A DNA stretch of 59,728 nt. Source: a virus (Duplodnaviria; Caudoviricetes). Each line of letters starts with the position of its first letter. Positions within the stretch are counted from its first letter, which is position 1. The translations under genes were made by a program, and so were the position numbers. This document shows positions 28,029-35,915 of this stretch, piece by piece. The notes under the pieces are model-generated. The model was given only the letters and a program-made list of their open reading frames with translations, had not been told where the DNA came from and did no database searches. The stretch lies in IMG/VR virus record IMGVR_UViG_3300042914_003096, positions 1 to 59,728 of that record; one strand, 5' to 3'.

Positions 28029-28196
28029 ATGAAAGCAAAAGATAAAAATATCGTACATAATTTGATCATCGGATCCCAGAGACAAAAACAAGTTGATCAG
28101 GGATTCTTTGATGGTAGATTTGTTTCAAGAGTTTATGATTCAAATAAGAATTATACTCGAAAAGAAAAACATAAGAAAAATTATTTGGTATATTAA
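28029..28196 (+). CDS. 55-aa ArfA-like ribosome rescue factor candidate (not in ORF track)
   Basis: DGRFVSRVYDSNKNYTRKEKHKK versus E. coli ArfA [24 protein letters not shown]. Confidence 0.5.
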   Translation: MKAKDKNIVHNLIIGSQRQKQVDQGFFDGRFVSRVYDSNKNYTRKEKHKKNYLVY

Positions 28197-28311
28197 AATA
28201 ATTTTATATCTTTGTTATACACATAAACCTAAGTACCCATACCGCTGACGGTGGGCTAAGTAAGATACAATTTCGTACCGCGGGAAGTAGAATGCTTAGG
28301 AGTGTGTTTAT

Positions 28312-28411
28312 AGTCAGGTGGCGGAATTGGTAACAGTTTATGGGCTATTAAGAATGCTGGTAACGGTAGATAGAGAGATTCTTAATGCAGGTTCAAGTCC
28401 TGTCCTGGCTG
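28312..28411 (+). ncRNA. Leu-type tRNA-like RNA with the anticodon arm replaced
   Basis: AGTCAGG/CCTGGCT, TGGCGGAATTGGTA, T arm GCAGG-TTCAAGT-CCTGT; middle is an ATTAAGAAT/ATTCTTAAT stem with no canonical 7-nt anticodon loop. Confidence 0.6.
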
Positions 28412-28670
28412 CACGTTGAGGGTTCATCACCCCATAGTGTGCCCCACACGATGAGAAACGAAGTGATGTTTCGTAGGGGAACGTACTTTGTCGTATAGGG
28501 AGAACGACTAAGAAAGTAAGTTGTACTAAGTACAGTGGAAACACACACCTCAACAGAGATGGACTGAAAGTTCGCTTGACTGGGAAAGACGAAATGAACT
28601 ATTCCTAACCCACCTTTATGGTGGGGACAACCATAACACCTGTAAGCTGGATAAATGAGGGTGTTACTTT

Positions 28671-28784
28671 AGTCAGGTGGCGGAATTGGTAGACGCAAAG
28701 ATGTTGTGAGTTGGTAGGTAATAACTACTTGGATAGTATCCACACTAGAACTCTCAAATACAGGTTCAAATCCTGTCCTGACTA
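28671..28784 (+). ncRNA. Leu-type tRNA-like RNA with the anticodon arm replaced by a branched domain
   Basis: AGTCAGG/CCTGACT-A, D arm GGCGGAATTGGTAGACGC, T arm ACAGG-TTCAAAT-CCTGT; insert GAGTT...AACTC encloses two hairpins. Confidence 0.65.
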
Positions 28785-28813
28785 CAAAAAAAAATAATTT
28801 TATATAAATTAAT

Positions 28814-28990
28814 ATGGGAAAGGAAATATTTGAAGAATTGGAAAATGAAGTTAACCAAGTATTAGGTTACCTTCCAATTGATAGAGATTTGGTAAAGGAT
28901 TTGATTGATAAAGCAAAAGAAAAGATGAATCAAAAATTTGAGGAACTAAAGGATTTTGATACTTGGAAGGAATGGAAAAATAAAAAGTAA
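28814..28990 (+). CDS. 58-aa hypothetical protein (not in ORF track)
   Basis: MGKEIFEELENEVNQVLGY...LKDFDTWKEWKNKK. Confidence 0.55.
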   Translation: MGKEIFEELENEVNQVLGYLPIDRDLVKDLIDKAKEKMNQKFEELKDFDTWKEWKNKK

Positions 28991-29311
28991 AAAAAGATTT
29001 GGTAGATTAAAATATTCTACTTATATTTGTAAGACAAACAACGGGGGTAGGAAGTTTAGAGATGAGTGTCCTACTCCCGTAAAAAGAAGAAGTTCATTGA
29101 CATATTAAATAAAGGGATAAGGTAACCACGAACCCACTGGTAATAGGCCTTTCTTGAGATGGAATGCAAGATAGAATGTAACTCCTGCCTTATCCCCTTT
29201 TTAAAAATATTGTGGTTGTAAGAAAAGGGAAACTCGTTAAGTACATTAACCTGTTAACGCAAAATGGTGAAACGAGAGTGTGTGTTAACTACTGAACTAC
29301 ATTATTAAAAT

Positions 29312-29366
29312 AGTTAGGTGGAGGGTTATAGGTGCTCCCACACAGGTTCAAGTCCTGTCCTAACTA
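29312..29366 (+). ncRNA. Minimal tRNA-like RNA (acceptor stem, one hairpin, T arm)
   Basis: AGTTAGG/CCTAACT-A; GGAG...CTCC; ACAGG-TTCAAGT-CCTGT. Confidence 0.55.
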
Positions 29367-29371
29367 CACAT

Positions 29372-29442
29372 TGCGGTTTAGTGTAATTGGTAGCACACGG
29401 GGCTCATAACCCTGAGGCCAGGTTCGAGTCCTGAATCCGCTA
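29372..29442 (+). tRNA. Initiator tRNA-fMet(CAU)
   Basis: CGGGG-CTCATAA-CCCTG with three G-C pairs; 1:72 mismatch. Confidence 0.75.
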
Positions 29443-29586
29443 CAACACGGATGAATAGGTGGAAGGGCCTTTCCTGAAAGATGGCTAGCTAGGCCCGTGT
29501 TCATCCTGAGCCAACCAAGCTTTACCACGATACGGGTTCATACCTGTGGGTTGGGGGTGACGATCAGGAAAGACTGATAAATTTAT

Positions 29587-29666
29587 GCTGACGTACCGGT
29601 GGATGCTTATATCATCTATGCCCGTAGAGGAAGTTTAAAACGTTGGTTCGATCCCAACCGTCAGTA
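29587..29666 (+). tRNA. D-armless tRNA-like RNA with UAU (Ile) anticodon and long variable region
   Basis: GCTGACG/CGTCAGT-A; 7-nt linker in place of the D arm; GGATG-CTTATAT-CATCT; GTTGG-TTCGATC-CCAAC. Confidence 0.55.
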
Positions 29667-29761
29667 CAAAAAGATCAACTAGTCACTGTATCCAACCAGT
29701 GGGTGTCAGTAAGTATTCTGAGCGACGTTTAAATCCTGATAGCAATGTTGATTTTTATTTT

Positions 29762-29833
29762 GCGGGTATCGTATAATGGTTATTACTCCACACTTCCAAT
29801 GTGGAGATGAGTGTTCGATTCATTCTACCCGCA
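29762..29833 (+). tRNA. tRNA-Gly(UCC)
   Basis: GCGGGTA/TACCCGC; CCACA-CTTCCAA-TGTGG. Confidence 0.85.
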
Positions 29834-29952
29834 CAAAAACGCTTTAAAGGATTGTGTACAGATCCAGAGTGGGGAGCGGGTCCCACATTTAATTTGATTT
29901 TAAAATAAAATATTGGTATATTTTTTTAAACTAAAAAAACAAATATGAAACA

Positions 29953-30165
29953 ATGAAAATTAAATTAGGATTGTGGTGGTTGGTAGGCACCACAATTATT
30001 TACATCTACATTATGAATCTATTTTTCAATTACGTGATTAATAGGGAAGTTGATGAAATCCTACAAATCGGTGCAAGTTTTATAGCTTTAATTTACACTG
30101 CATTTCAAATAAAGCAAATAGTAAAAGAAGTAATAAATTTATTTAAAAAAGAAGAAAAAGAATGA
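29953..30165 (+). CDS. Small two-TM membrane protein
   Basis: Two hydrophobic segments; coupled to the SPFH gene. Confidence 0.6.
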   Translation: MKIKLGLWWLVGTTIIYIYIMNLFFNYVINREVDEILQIGASFIALIYTAFQIKQIVKEVINLFKKEEKE

Positions 30166-31064
30166 TTAGTGTAATTGTAACTGTAGTATTTTTGATCGTA
30201 GCAGGTGTTATGATCTTTAAATCAAGAATTGATGATGATAACGCGGCACTTGCAAAAGGGATTGTCGTTGGTGTTGTTGGTTTGGTAGTTGGTTTGATCC
30301 AACCTTATTCCCTTGAAAGAATTGATGCTGGACATAAAGGTATTGTTGTTAACCTTTCAGGATCTGAAAGAGGTGTATCTTCATACCAATACAAAACAGG
30401 TTGGGTTGTTTATAACACTTGGTTCACACAAGTTTTGGAGTTCCCAACTTATCAACAACATATTGAATATGATGATCAAATGGTAATAACAAAAGGAGGA
30501 TTTTCTGCAACAATTAAACCAAGTTTTAACTATTCATTAAAACCTGAAGCTATTGGTGATATGTTTGAAAATTTAAGATTGGGAGTTAAAGAAATTGAAC
30601 AAGGTTGGCTTAAAAATGCGATCATCGGGGCTGTTAATGACGTATCAAACACTTGGGAAGTGGATAGCATTTTTGGTCACAGACAGGCGTTTGAATCAAG
30701 TATCGTTGTTGAATGTAATAAAAGACTTGAAAAATGGTTTAACGTTTCACAACTTAGAACAAATATCACACCACCTGAAGCGTTACAAGAGGCAATTATT
30801 GCAAAAACCAAATCTATCCAACAAGCCGAAGCATCCGAACAACAAGCACTTGCGGCAATTGCGGATGGTAAAAGAAAGATCGCAGTTGCAAGAGCTGACT
30901 CGGCTGAAACTATCATTAATGCGAAGGCCGCCGCACTTGCAATGAAACTAAAACAACAAGAATTAACACCACTATATGTTGATTATGTTAAGGCTAACGC
31001 TTGGGATGGTAAACTTCCATCAACAATGACAAGTGGATCTGGAACATTTTTGAACATTAAGTAA
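30162..31064 (+). CDS. SPFH/Band 7/prohibitin family membrane protein
   Basis: N-terminal TM segments, RIDAGHKGIVV, Ala/Glu-rich coiled coil, C-terminal WDGKLP. Confidence 0.85.
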   Translation: MISVIVTVVFLIVAGVMIFKSRIDDDNAALAKGIVVGVVGLVVGLIQPYSLERIDAGHKGIVVNLSGSERGVSSYQYKTGWVVYNTWFTQVLEFPTYQQHIEYDDQMVITKGGFSATIKPSFNYSLKPEAIGDMFENLRLGVKEIEQGWLKNAIIGAVNDVSNTWEVDSIFGHRQAFESSIVVECNKRLEKWFNVSQLRTNITPPEALQEAIIAKTKSIQQAEASEQQALAAIADGKRKIAVARADSAETIINAKAAALAMKLKQQELTPLYVDYVKANAWDGKLPSTMTSGSGTFLNIK

Positions 31065-31176
31065 AAAAAGATTTGGTAGTTTGAAATAAACTACCTATCT
31101 TTGTAAGACAAACAAGATGAGTTTCCCAACACTAAATTGGGACAAGTGGTACACAAGTCCACGACTCATCTTAAAT

Positions 31177-31251
31177 GGTCCGTTCGTCTAGCTGGTTTAG
31201 GACACTTCCCTTTCACGGAAGAGATCACGGGTTCAAATCCCGTACGGACTT
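31177..31251 (+). tRNA. tRNA-Glu(UUC)
   Basis: GGTCCGT/ACGGACT; CTTCC-CTTTCAC-GGAAG; GGTTCAAATCC. Confidence 0.9.
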
Positions 31252-31311
31252 CAATTGGACGAACAACATTGCACACAAGTTGTACCTCTACGGTTTTAAA
31301 GTGTGTTTATT

Positions 31312-31382
31312 GGTCCATTGGTGTAATAGTAACATTTGTCCCTGTCACGGACAAGCCCTCGGAGCGTAACCGGGATGGACCG
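31312..31382 (+). tRNA. tRNA-Asp(GUC)
   Basis: GGTCCAT/ATGGACC-G; TGTCC-CTGTCAC-GGACA; atypical T loop AGCGTAA. Confidence 0.8.
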
Positions 31383-31539
31383 CAATAATTAACTATGATG
31401 CAAGTACTTTTAATATTTTTTATTGGTTATCTTTTTCTTATTAGAAAAAGAACTGATCGTAGATATTAATTAATAATAGGTCCAGTTTCAGGTTGGAAAA
31501 GAGGTAGAAAGTTAAAATAAACAAATAAAAATTTTAGTT

Positions 31540-31722
31540 ATGAAAATGTTGATAACAATGAAAACCTTTATTACCAATATTTTCAAACACAAATGTGAAA
31601 ATGAAAGTAGGGTAATTGGAATTTATGGTGGCGAAAAAGTGAATGGAAAAGTCACCGACGTTACAATCAAATACAGATGTAGAGTATGTAACAACGTTTA
31701 TGAAGTGTGCCAAGTGTTATAA
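31540..31722 (+). CDS. Small Cys-rich hypothetical protein
   Basis: HKC...CRVC pattern. Confidence 0.45.
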   Translation: MKMLITMKTFITNIFKHKCENESRVIGIYGGEKVNGKVTDVTIKYRCRVCNNVYEVCQVL

Positions 31723-31734
31723 TCATAAACGGTA

Positions 31735-31804
31735 GGTCATTGAGCGTGTTGGAGAACGCACCCAGGTCATGGGAGAATAACAGGTTCGATTCCTGTAATG
31801 ACTT
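31735..31804 (+). ncRNA. tRNA-like RNA with a shrunken anticodon arm (4-bp stem, 5-nt loop)
   Basis: GGTCATT/AATGACT; D stem GCGT/ACGC; CCCA-GGTCA-TGGG; ACAGG-TTCGATT-CCTGT. Confidence 0.55.
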
Positions 31805-31813
31805 CAAAAATTT

Positions 31814-32084
31814 GCACCCGTAGCTCAGCTGGAATAGAGCAACTGCCTCAAATAGGGGGTGTTATATCAGAAATGGTATAATAGAATTCATCAAATTCGG
31901 GGAAGCCTTTAAAATGGTAATCCCGAGCCAAGCCCGAAAGGGAAGGTGTAGAGACTTGACGGTGAACACCTAAGTTGTAAAAAATAAGGTGATGAGAAAG
32001 TCCAGACCACAAACAGAAATGGCAGTGAAAACTGTAGTGGGAAGTCTAAGCAGTAGGTCCTTGGTTCGAATCCAAGCGGGTGTA
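31814..32084 (+). tRNA. tRNA-Arg(UCU) interrupted by a group I intron (exons 31814-31848 and 32045-32084)
   Basis: Joined exons give ACTGC-CT|TCTAA-GCAGT; acceptor GCACCCG/CGGGTGT. Confidence 0.85.
31849..32044 (+). ncRNA. Compact self-splicing group I intron (IC3-like), 196 nt, no ORF
   Basis: U.G pair in P1 (GCCUC/GGGGU), AAATTCGGGGAA, AATCCCGAGC, GTAGAGACT, AAAGTCC, terminal G. Confidence 0.85.
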
Positions 32085-32265
32085 CAAACAGGTAGGTGGA
32101 TTGTGTTACACACCCCACTGACGAGTGGGACGGTCCTAATAATAAGTTACGAAACGATATATCATTGAGCGATTCGGATCGGGTAACAAATATGGGCTAA
32201 GGGGGTTAGATTCCCCCACCTTGTCGATATTGACAAATATAAATTATTATACTACTATTACTTAA

Positions 32266-32338
32266 AGTCGGGTAGCTCAGTTGGTAGAGCAATCTCAAAA
32301 AAAGAGACGTGTCATTGGTTCAATCCCTTTCCCGACTT
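32266..32338 (+). pseudogene. Phe-like tRNA with an all-A anticodon loop (pseudo-tRNA or decoy)
   Basis: AGTCGGG/CCCGACT; TAGCTCAGTTGGTAGAGC; TCTC-AAAAAAA-GAGA; weak T stem. Confidence 0.5.
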
Positions 32339-32419
32339 TTTTATATTTTTTTTCATTTACCATTTGGCAGATTAAAAATTTTGCCTATCTTTGTAATGTA
32401 ATCATAAAACAAAGACACT

Positions 32420-33148
32420 ATGGACATCACAACAAAAGTTAGAAACTACAACGGTAAAAATTCTTTCATCTTGAAAATGAAAGATGCAGTTCAAAAATAC
32501 GGATCGCTAACCGCAAAACAGGCGGCGGCGACTGAAAAGATCCTTAATGCTGTTGTTGAGGCTAAATCTGTTGAAATGTCTGACGATATGAAAAAAATCG
32601 CAGCGTACGAGGGTAAAAACTCTTTTGTTTTGGAATTGAAGGGTAAACTTGAAAAGTACGGGAGCCTTACAGACAAACAAGTGTCGGCAGCACTTTCCCA
32701 AATCCAAAAAGAAGAAGACAAGGCCGCTACAGTTCATATGAACATCCCGGCTGTTGGTGATACAATCAAGATCGGTCGTAAGATAGGTCAGACACTTAAA
32801 GAAACTTACGGGTTGAAATTTAACCCAATCCTTTTGGATGTTACTAAGGTTCTTGCAATTTCACCTAAAGCTGTTAAATTCGCAGCAAAACTTACAATCA
32901 AAAGAGGATCCGTTTGTACTTGTTGTATGAAAACTTTAACAGACGAATTTTCAATGTTGACAGGACTTGGTAAGATTTGTGCTTCACACGTAGGAGTTCC
33001 TTACATCACTGACAAGTCACAAGCAGAATCGTTCCGTATCGAATATATGAAACGAGTTGATGAAATCGGTGAAATGGAACTATGGGTTCCTAAATCCCAA
33101 ATCAAAACTTGGGAAGGTACGGCAGACATCTTGTTGAAGATGGTATAA
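32420..33148 (+). CDS. Protein with two internal KYGSLTxKQ repeats and a DUF6011-like zinc finger
   Basis: NSF...KYGSLT.KQ twice; CTCCMKTLTD...GLGKICA; host-type promoter upstream. Confidence 0.6.
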   Translation: MDITTKVRNYNGKNSFILKMKDAVQKYGSLTAKQAAATEKILNAVVEAKSVEMSDDMKKIAAYEGKNSFVLELKGKLEKYGSLTDKQVSAALSQIQKEEDKAATVHMNIPAVGDTIKIGRKIGQTLKETYGLKFNPILLDVTKVLAISPKAVKFAAKLTIKRGSVCTCCMKTLTDEFSMLTGLGKICASHVGVPYITDKSQAESFRIEYMKRVDEIGEMELWVPKSQIKTWEGTADILLKMV

Positions 33149-33175
33149 AAAAAAGGGGTGTTAATCACCCTTTTT

Positions 33176-33784
33176 TTATTTTATATCTGTTGATTCAATC
33201 AAGGTATAACTAAACTTGTTACCATGAAGTTTTGAAGCCTTTTTACAAATTGACATGAATACATCAAAATCTTTTACACGTTTGAATACCTGACATCCCT
33301 CACTCCAATTTTCAACCCAAGTTGAATCAGTACCTGCTTTGTGGATATTGATACCAAACATTCCTGTATCCTTTTTTGTTTCTTCAAATACTAGATCTTT
33401 ATTTGCGTCTCTCCATACTGTAACGTTTCCGTTTCTTTGACAAAGTGCTTCGTACTTTCCTTGATGTTTATCAATTGACCATACTCCTCTGTATTGTCCA
33501 GGAACTAATCTTGCGACTCCGTTTTTGTTATGAAACTCCATAACACCTTTTTTACCTGGATCACAAGTTGCCATCCAGCAGTAAAACTGCCAAACACCTT
33601 TTTCATCTTTAAATGAAATTGTTAAATGATCGTCAAAGACATTTGTAACTTTTTTATATGTTGCAGGTGAAGTGTTTCTAACACCGACAATATTTACATC
33701 GTAACCTTTGTTTACGTTATCTTCAAACCAAACATACCCTTTTGATTTAACTGCCGTTTCTACTTGTTCTTTTGTGTAACTCAT
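33176..33784 (-). CDS. L,D-transpeptidase (YkuD)-like cell-wall enzyme
   Basis: GINIHKAG...WSEGCQ matches the His...SxGC catalytic motif; divergent from the lysis cluster. Confidence 0.6.
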   Translation of the reverse strand: MSYTKEQVETAVKSKGYVWFEDNVNKGYDVNIVGVRNTSPATYKKVTNVFDDHLTISFKDEKGVWQFYCWMATCDPGKKGVMEFHNKNGVARLVPGQYRGVWSIDKHQGKYEALCQRNGNVTVWRDANKDLVFEETKKDTGMFGINIHKAGTDSTWVENWSEGCQVFKRVKDFDVFMSICKKASKLHGNKFSYTLIESTDIK

Positions 33785-33860
33785 AACTTATAATTTTATT
33801 TATAAATATGTGTAAATCTTAAAAGTAAATAGTTTTTGATGTGTTGACATATTTATTATT

Positions 33861-35459
33861 ATGACAAATAACCGTAAGATATTATTATACTCATCATTAT
33901 TTTTGATGGTGGTATTCCTTTTAACTAAAATCACTATATTAATAGGAATTATTAACCCCAACACGGCAACTAGGGTTATTGAAATGTCTTGTTTTTTAAT
34001 ATTTTCACCAATATTTTATTTTTTAATAAAATTACAAACTGTTGAGTTAAAAGGTAATTTAATAAAACAAATTAAAGACAGTGAGGAGTTTATTGATGCC
34101 GCAACAATTGTTTCTGTTGCCGATAAGTACGGTAAGATTACCTACGTTAATAAAAAATTTGAAGAAGTATCGGGATGGTCATTGGATGAGGTTAAAGGTA
34201 AGGATCATAGTGTTGTTAATTCTGGATTACAACCTGACGGGTATTGGGGTAAGATGTATGAAACCGTAATGAAAGGTGAAATATGGAATGATGTTGTAAC
34301 CAATAAAGGAAAGTCAGGTGAGTTATATTATGTTGACACATACATCAAAGCAAAATTTGATAAGGAGGGTAAATTAGAAGGATTTTCATCAATTAGACAA
34401 GACATTACTGAGCTTAAGAAAAAAGAAGTTGACATTCGTAATAGAATGAATGCTATAAATAAATCTAACGCAGTTATTGAGTTTGATTTAGAAGGGAACA
34501 TTATTTTTGCTAACGACTTGTTTTTAAATACTATGGGTTATTCTTCTCAAGAAGAAATAGTAGGTAAACATCATAGAATTTTTATAGACGAAGACCACTC
34601 AAAAAGTGAAGATTATTCTCTTTTTTGGAAAAAATTAAATGAGGGTATATTATTTACAGGTGAAATTACTAGGGTTAAAAAAGACGGTTCTTTAGTTTAT
34701 TTACAGGCAACTTATAACCCTATTCTTGGATTGGATGGTAAAATTTACCGTGTTATGAAAATCGCAACAGATGTATCCAATTCGTATGAACAAAGAAAAG
34801 AGATTGAAAAGAAAAACACTTACTTAGAACACGCAGCAAAGATATTAAGACACGACATGCATTCAGGTATTAACACATATATGCCAAGAGGGTTAAGTTC
34901 ATTGGAAAGAAGATTAAGTACCGATGACATTAGTTCATTAAAAATTGAGGCACCTATTAGAATGATTAAAGAAGGGTTGAAACATTCTCAAAAAGTTTAT
35001 AAAGGTGTTTATGAATTTACCAACCTAGTTAAAAAAGATGTTGTGTTAAATAAAACTGAATGTAATTTAAAAAACATTTTAGAAGATTACCTGTCATCAA
35101 CAGCGTATAGTAGTCAAGTTATTATTGATGAGTTACCAACAATAGAAGTAAATGAAGCATTGTTTTGTACCGCAGTGGACAACTTAATTAGAAACGGTTT
35201 AAAGTATAATGATTCAGATACTAAGTTTGTTAAAATATATTCTGATGAAAATAATATTTATATACAAGACAATGGTAGAGGGATTACACAACAAGATTTT
35301 GATTACCTACGTAAACCATACGTAAGAAAAGAAGGACAAACAGAATCAGGTACAGGTTTGGGTTTAAATATTTGCGTTGCAATTTTAGAAGAACATGGGT
35401 TTAACATTACCTGTGAGAAAAATGAAATAGGGACAAAAATGAAAATAAAAATAAAATAA
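33861..35459 (+). CDS. Membrane PAS-PAS sensor histidine kinase
   Basis: Two N-terminal TM segments, two PAS/PAC domains, H box RHDMHS, N box NLIRNGLKY, QDNGRG, GTGLGL. Confidence 0.92.
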   Translation: MTNNRKILLYSSLFLMVVFLLTKITILIGIINPNTATRVIEMSCFLIFSPIFYFLIKLQTVELKGNLIKQIKDSEEFIDAATIVSVADKYGKITYVNKKFEEVSGWSLDEVKGKDHSVVNSGLQPDGYWGKMYETVMKGEIWNDVVTNKGKSGELYYVDTYIKAKFDKEGKLEGFSSIRQDITELKKKEVDIRNRMNAINKSNAVIEFDLEGNIIFANDLFLNTMGYSSQEEIVGKHHRIFIDEDHSKSEDYSLFWKKLNEGILFTGEITRVKKDGSLVYLQATYNPILGLDGKIYRVMKIATDVSNSYEQRKEIEKKNTYLEHAAKILRHDMHSGINTYMPRGLSSLERRLSTDDISSLKIEAPIRMIKEGLKHSQKVYKGVYEFTNLVKKDVVLNKTECNLKNILEDYLSSTAYSSQVIIDELPTIEVNEALFCTAVDNLIRNGLKYNDSDTKFVKIYSDENNIYIQDNGRGITQQDFDYLRKPYVRKEGQTESGTGLGLNICVAILEEHGFNITCEKNEIGTKMKIKIK

Positions 35460-35477
35460 AAAACAAAAAAAGAAAAA

Positions 35478-35915
35478 ATGATTGATTCAATTTTATTAGT
35501 AGATGATGAGGATTTATTCCACTTAGTGTTTGAAGATGCTTGTTCATTACTTGACATAAGTTTGTCTTTAAATGCCTTAAATAGTTCTGACGAAGCAGCA
35601 AAGAAATTTGAAAAATGGTTCAAAAGTGGGGATGATAACGATAAACCTGAATGTGTGTTTGTTGATTTAAACATCATTGGTAGTTCTTTTGATGGTATAG
35701 AACTAATTAGAAAAATTAATTTTGAATACGGTAATCACGTAGTTGTTGGGATCATATCATCATCAAATGAACCTGAAGAACAAGCAAAGGCAGTTCAGGC
35801 CGGAGCTCAATTTTGGATTATTAAATCTGACGACATTGAACCACGTTTAGAAGAATTTAGAAATGATTATGAAGGATATAAAAATAGAACACTACCATTT
35901 AAAGTTTACAAATGA
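35478..35915 (+). CDS. Stand-alone response regulator receiver
   Basis: LLVDDED, phosphoacceptor in VFVDLN, IISSS, WIIKS; no output domain. Confidence 0.9.
   Translation: MIDSILLVDDEDLFHLVFEDACSLLDISLSLNALNSSDEAAKKFEKWFKSGDDNDKPECVFVDLNIIGSSFDGIELIRKINFEYGNHVVVGIISSSNEPEEQAKAVQAGAQFWIIKSDDIEPRLEEFRNDYEGYKNRTLPFKVYK

Noticed and set aside
28338-32118. ORFs 28338-28553(-), 31137-31388, 31175-31369 and 31909-32118(-)
   Set aside because: They overlap tRNAs, tRNA-like RNAs or the group I intron
32110-32170. Hammerhead ribozyme (CTGACGA...GAAA)
   Set aside because: Could not build convincing stems I and III or a valid NUH site; the CTGACGAG segment sits in a simple CCCA/TGGG hairpin
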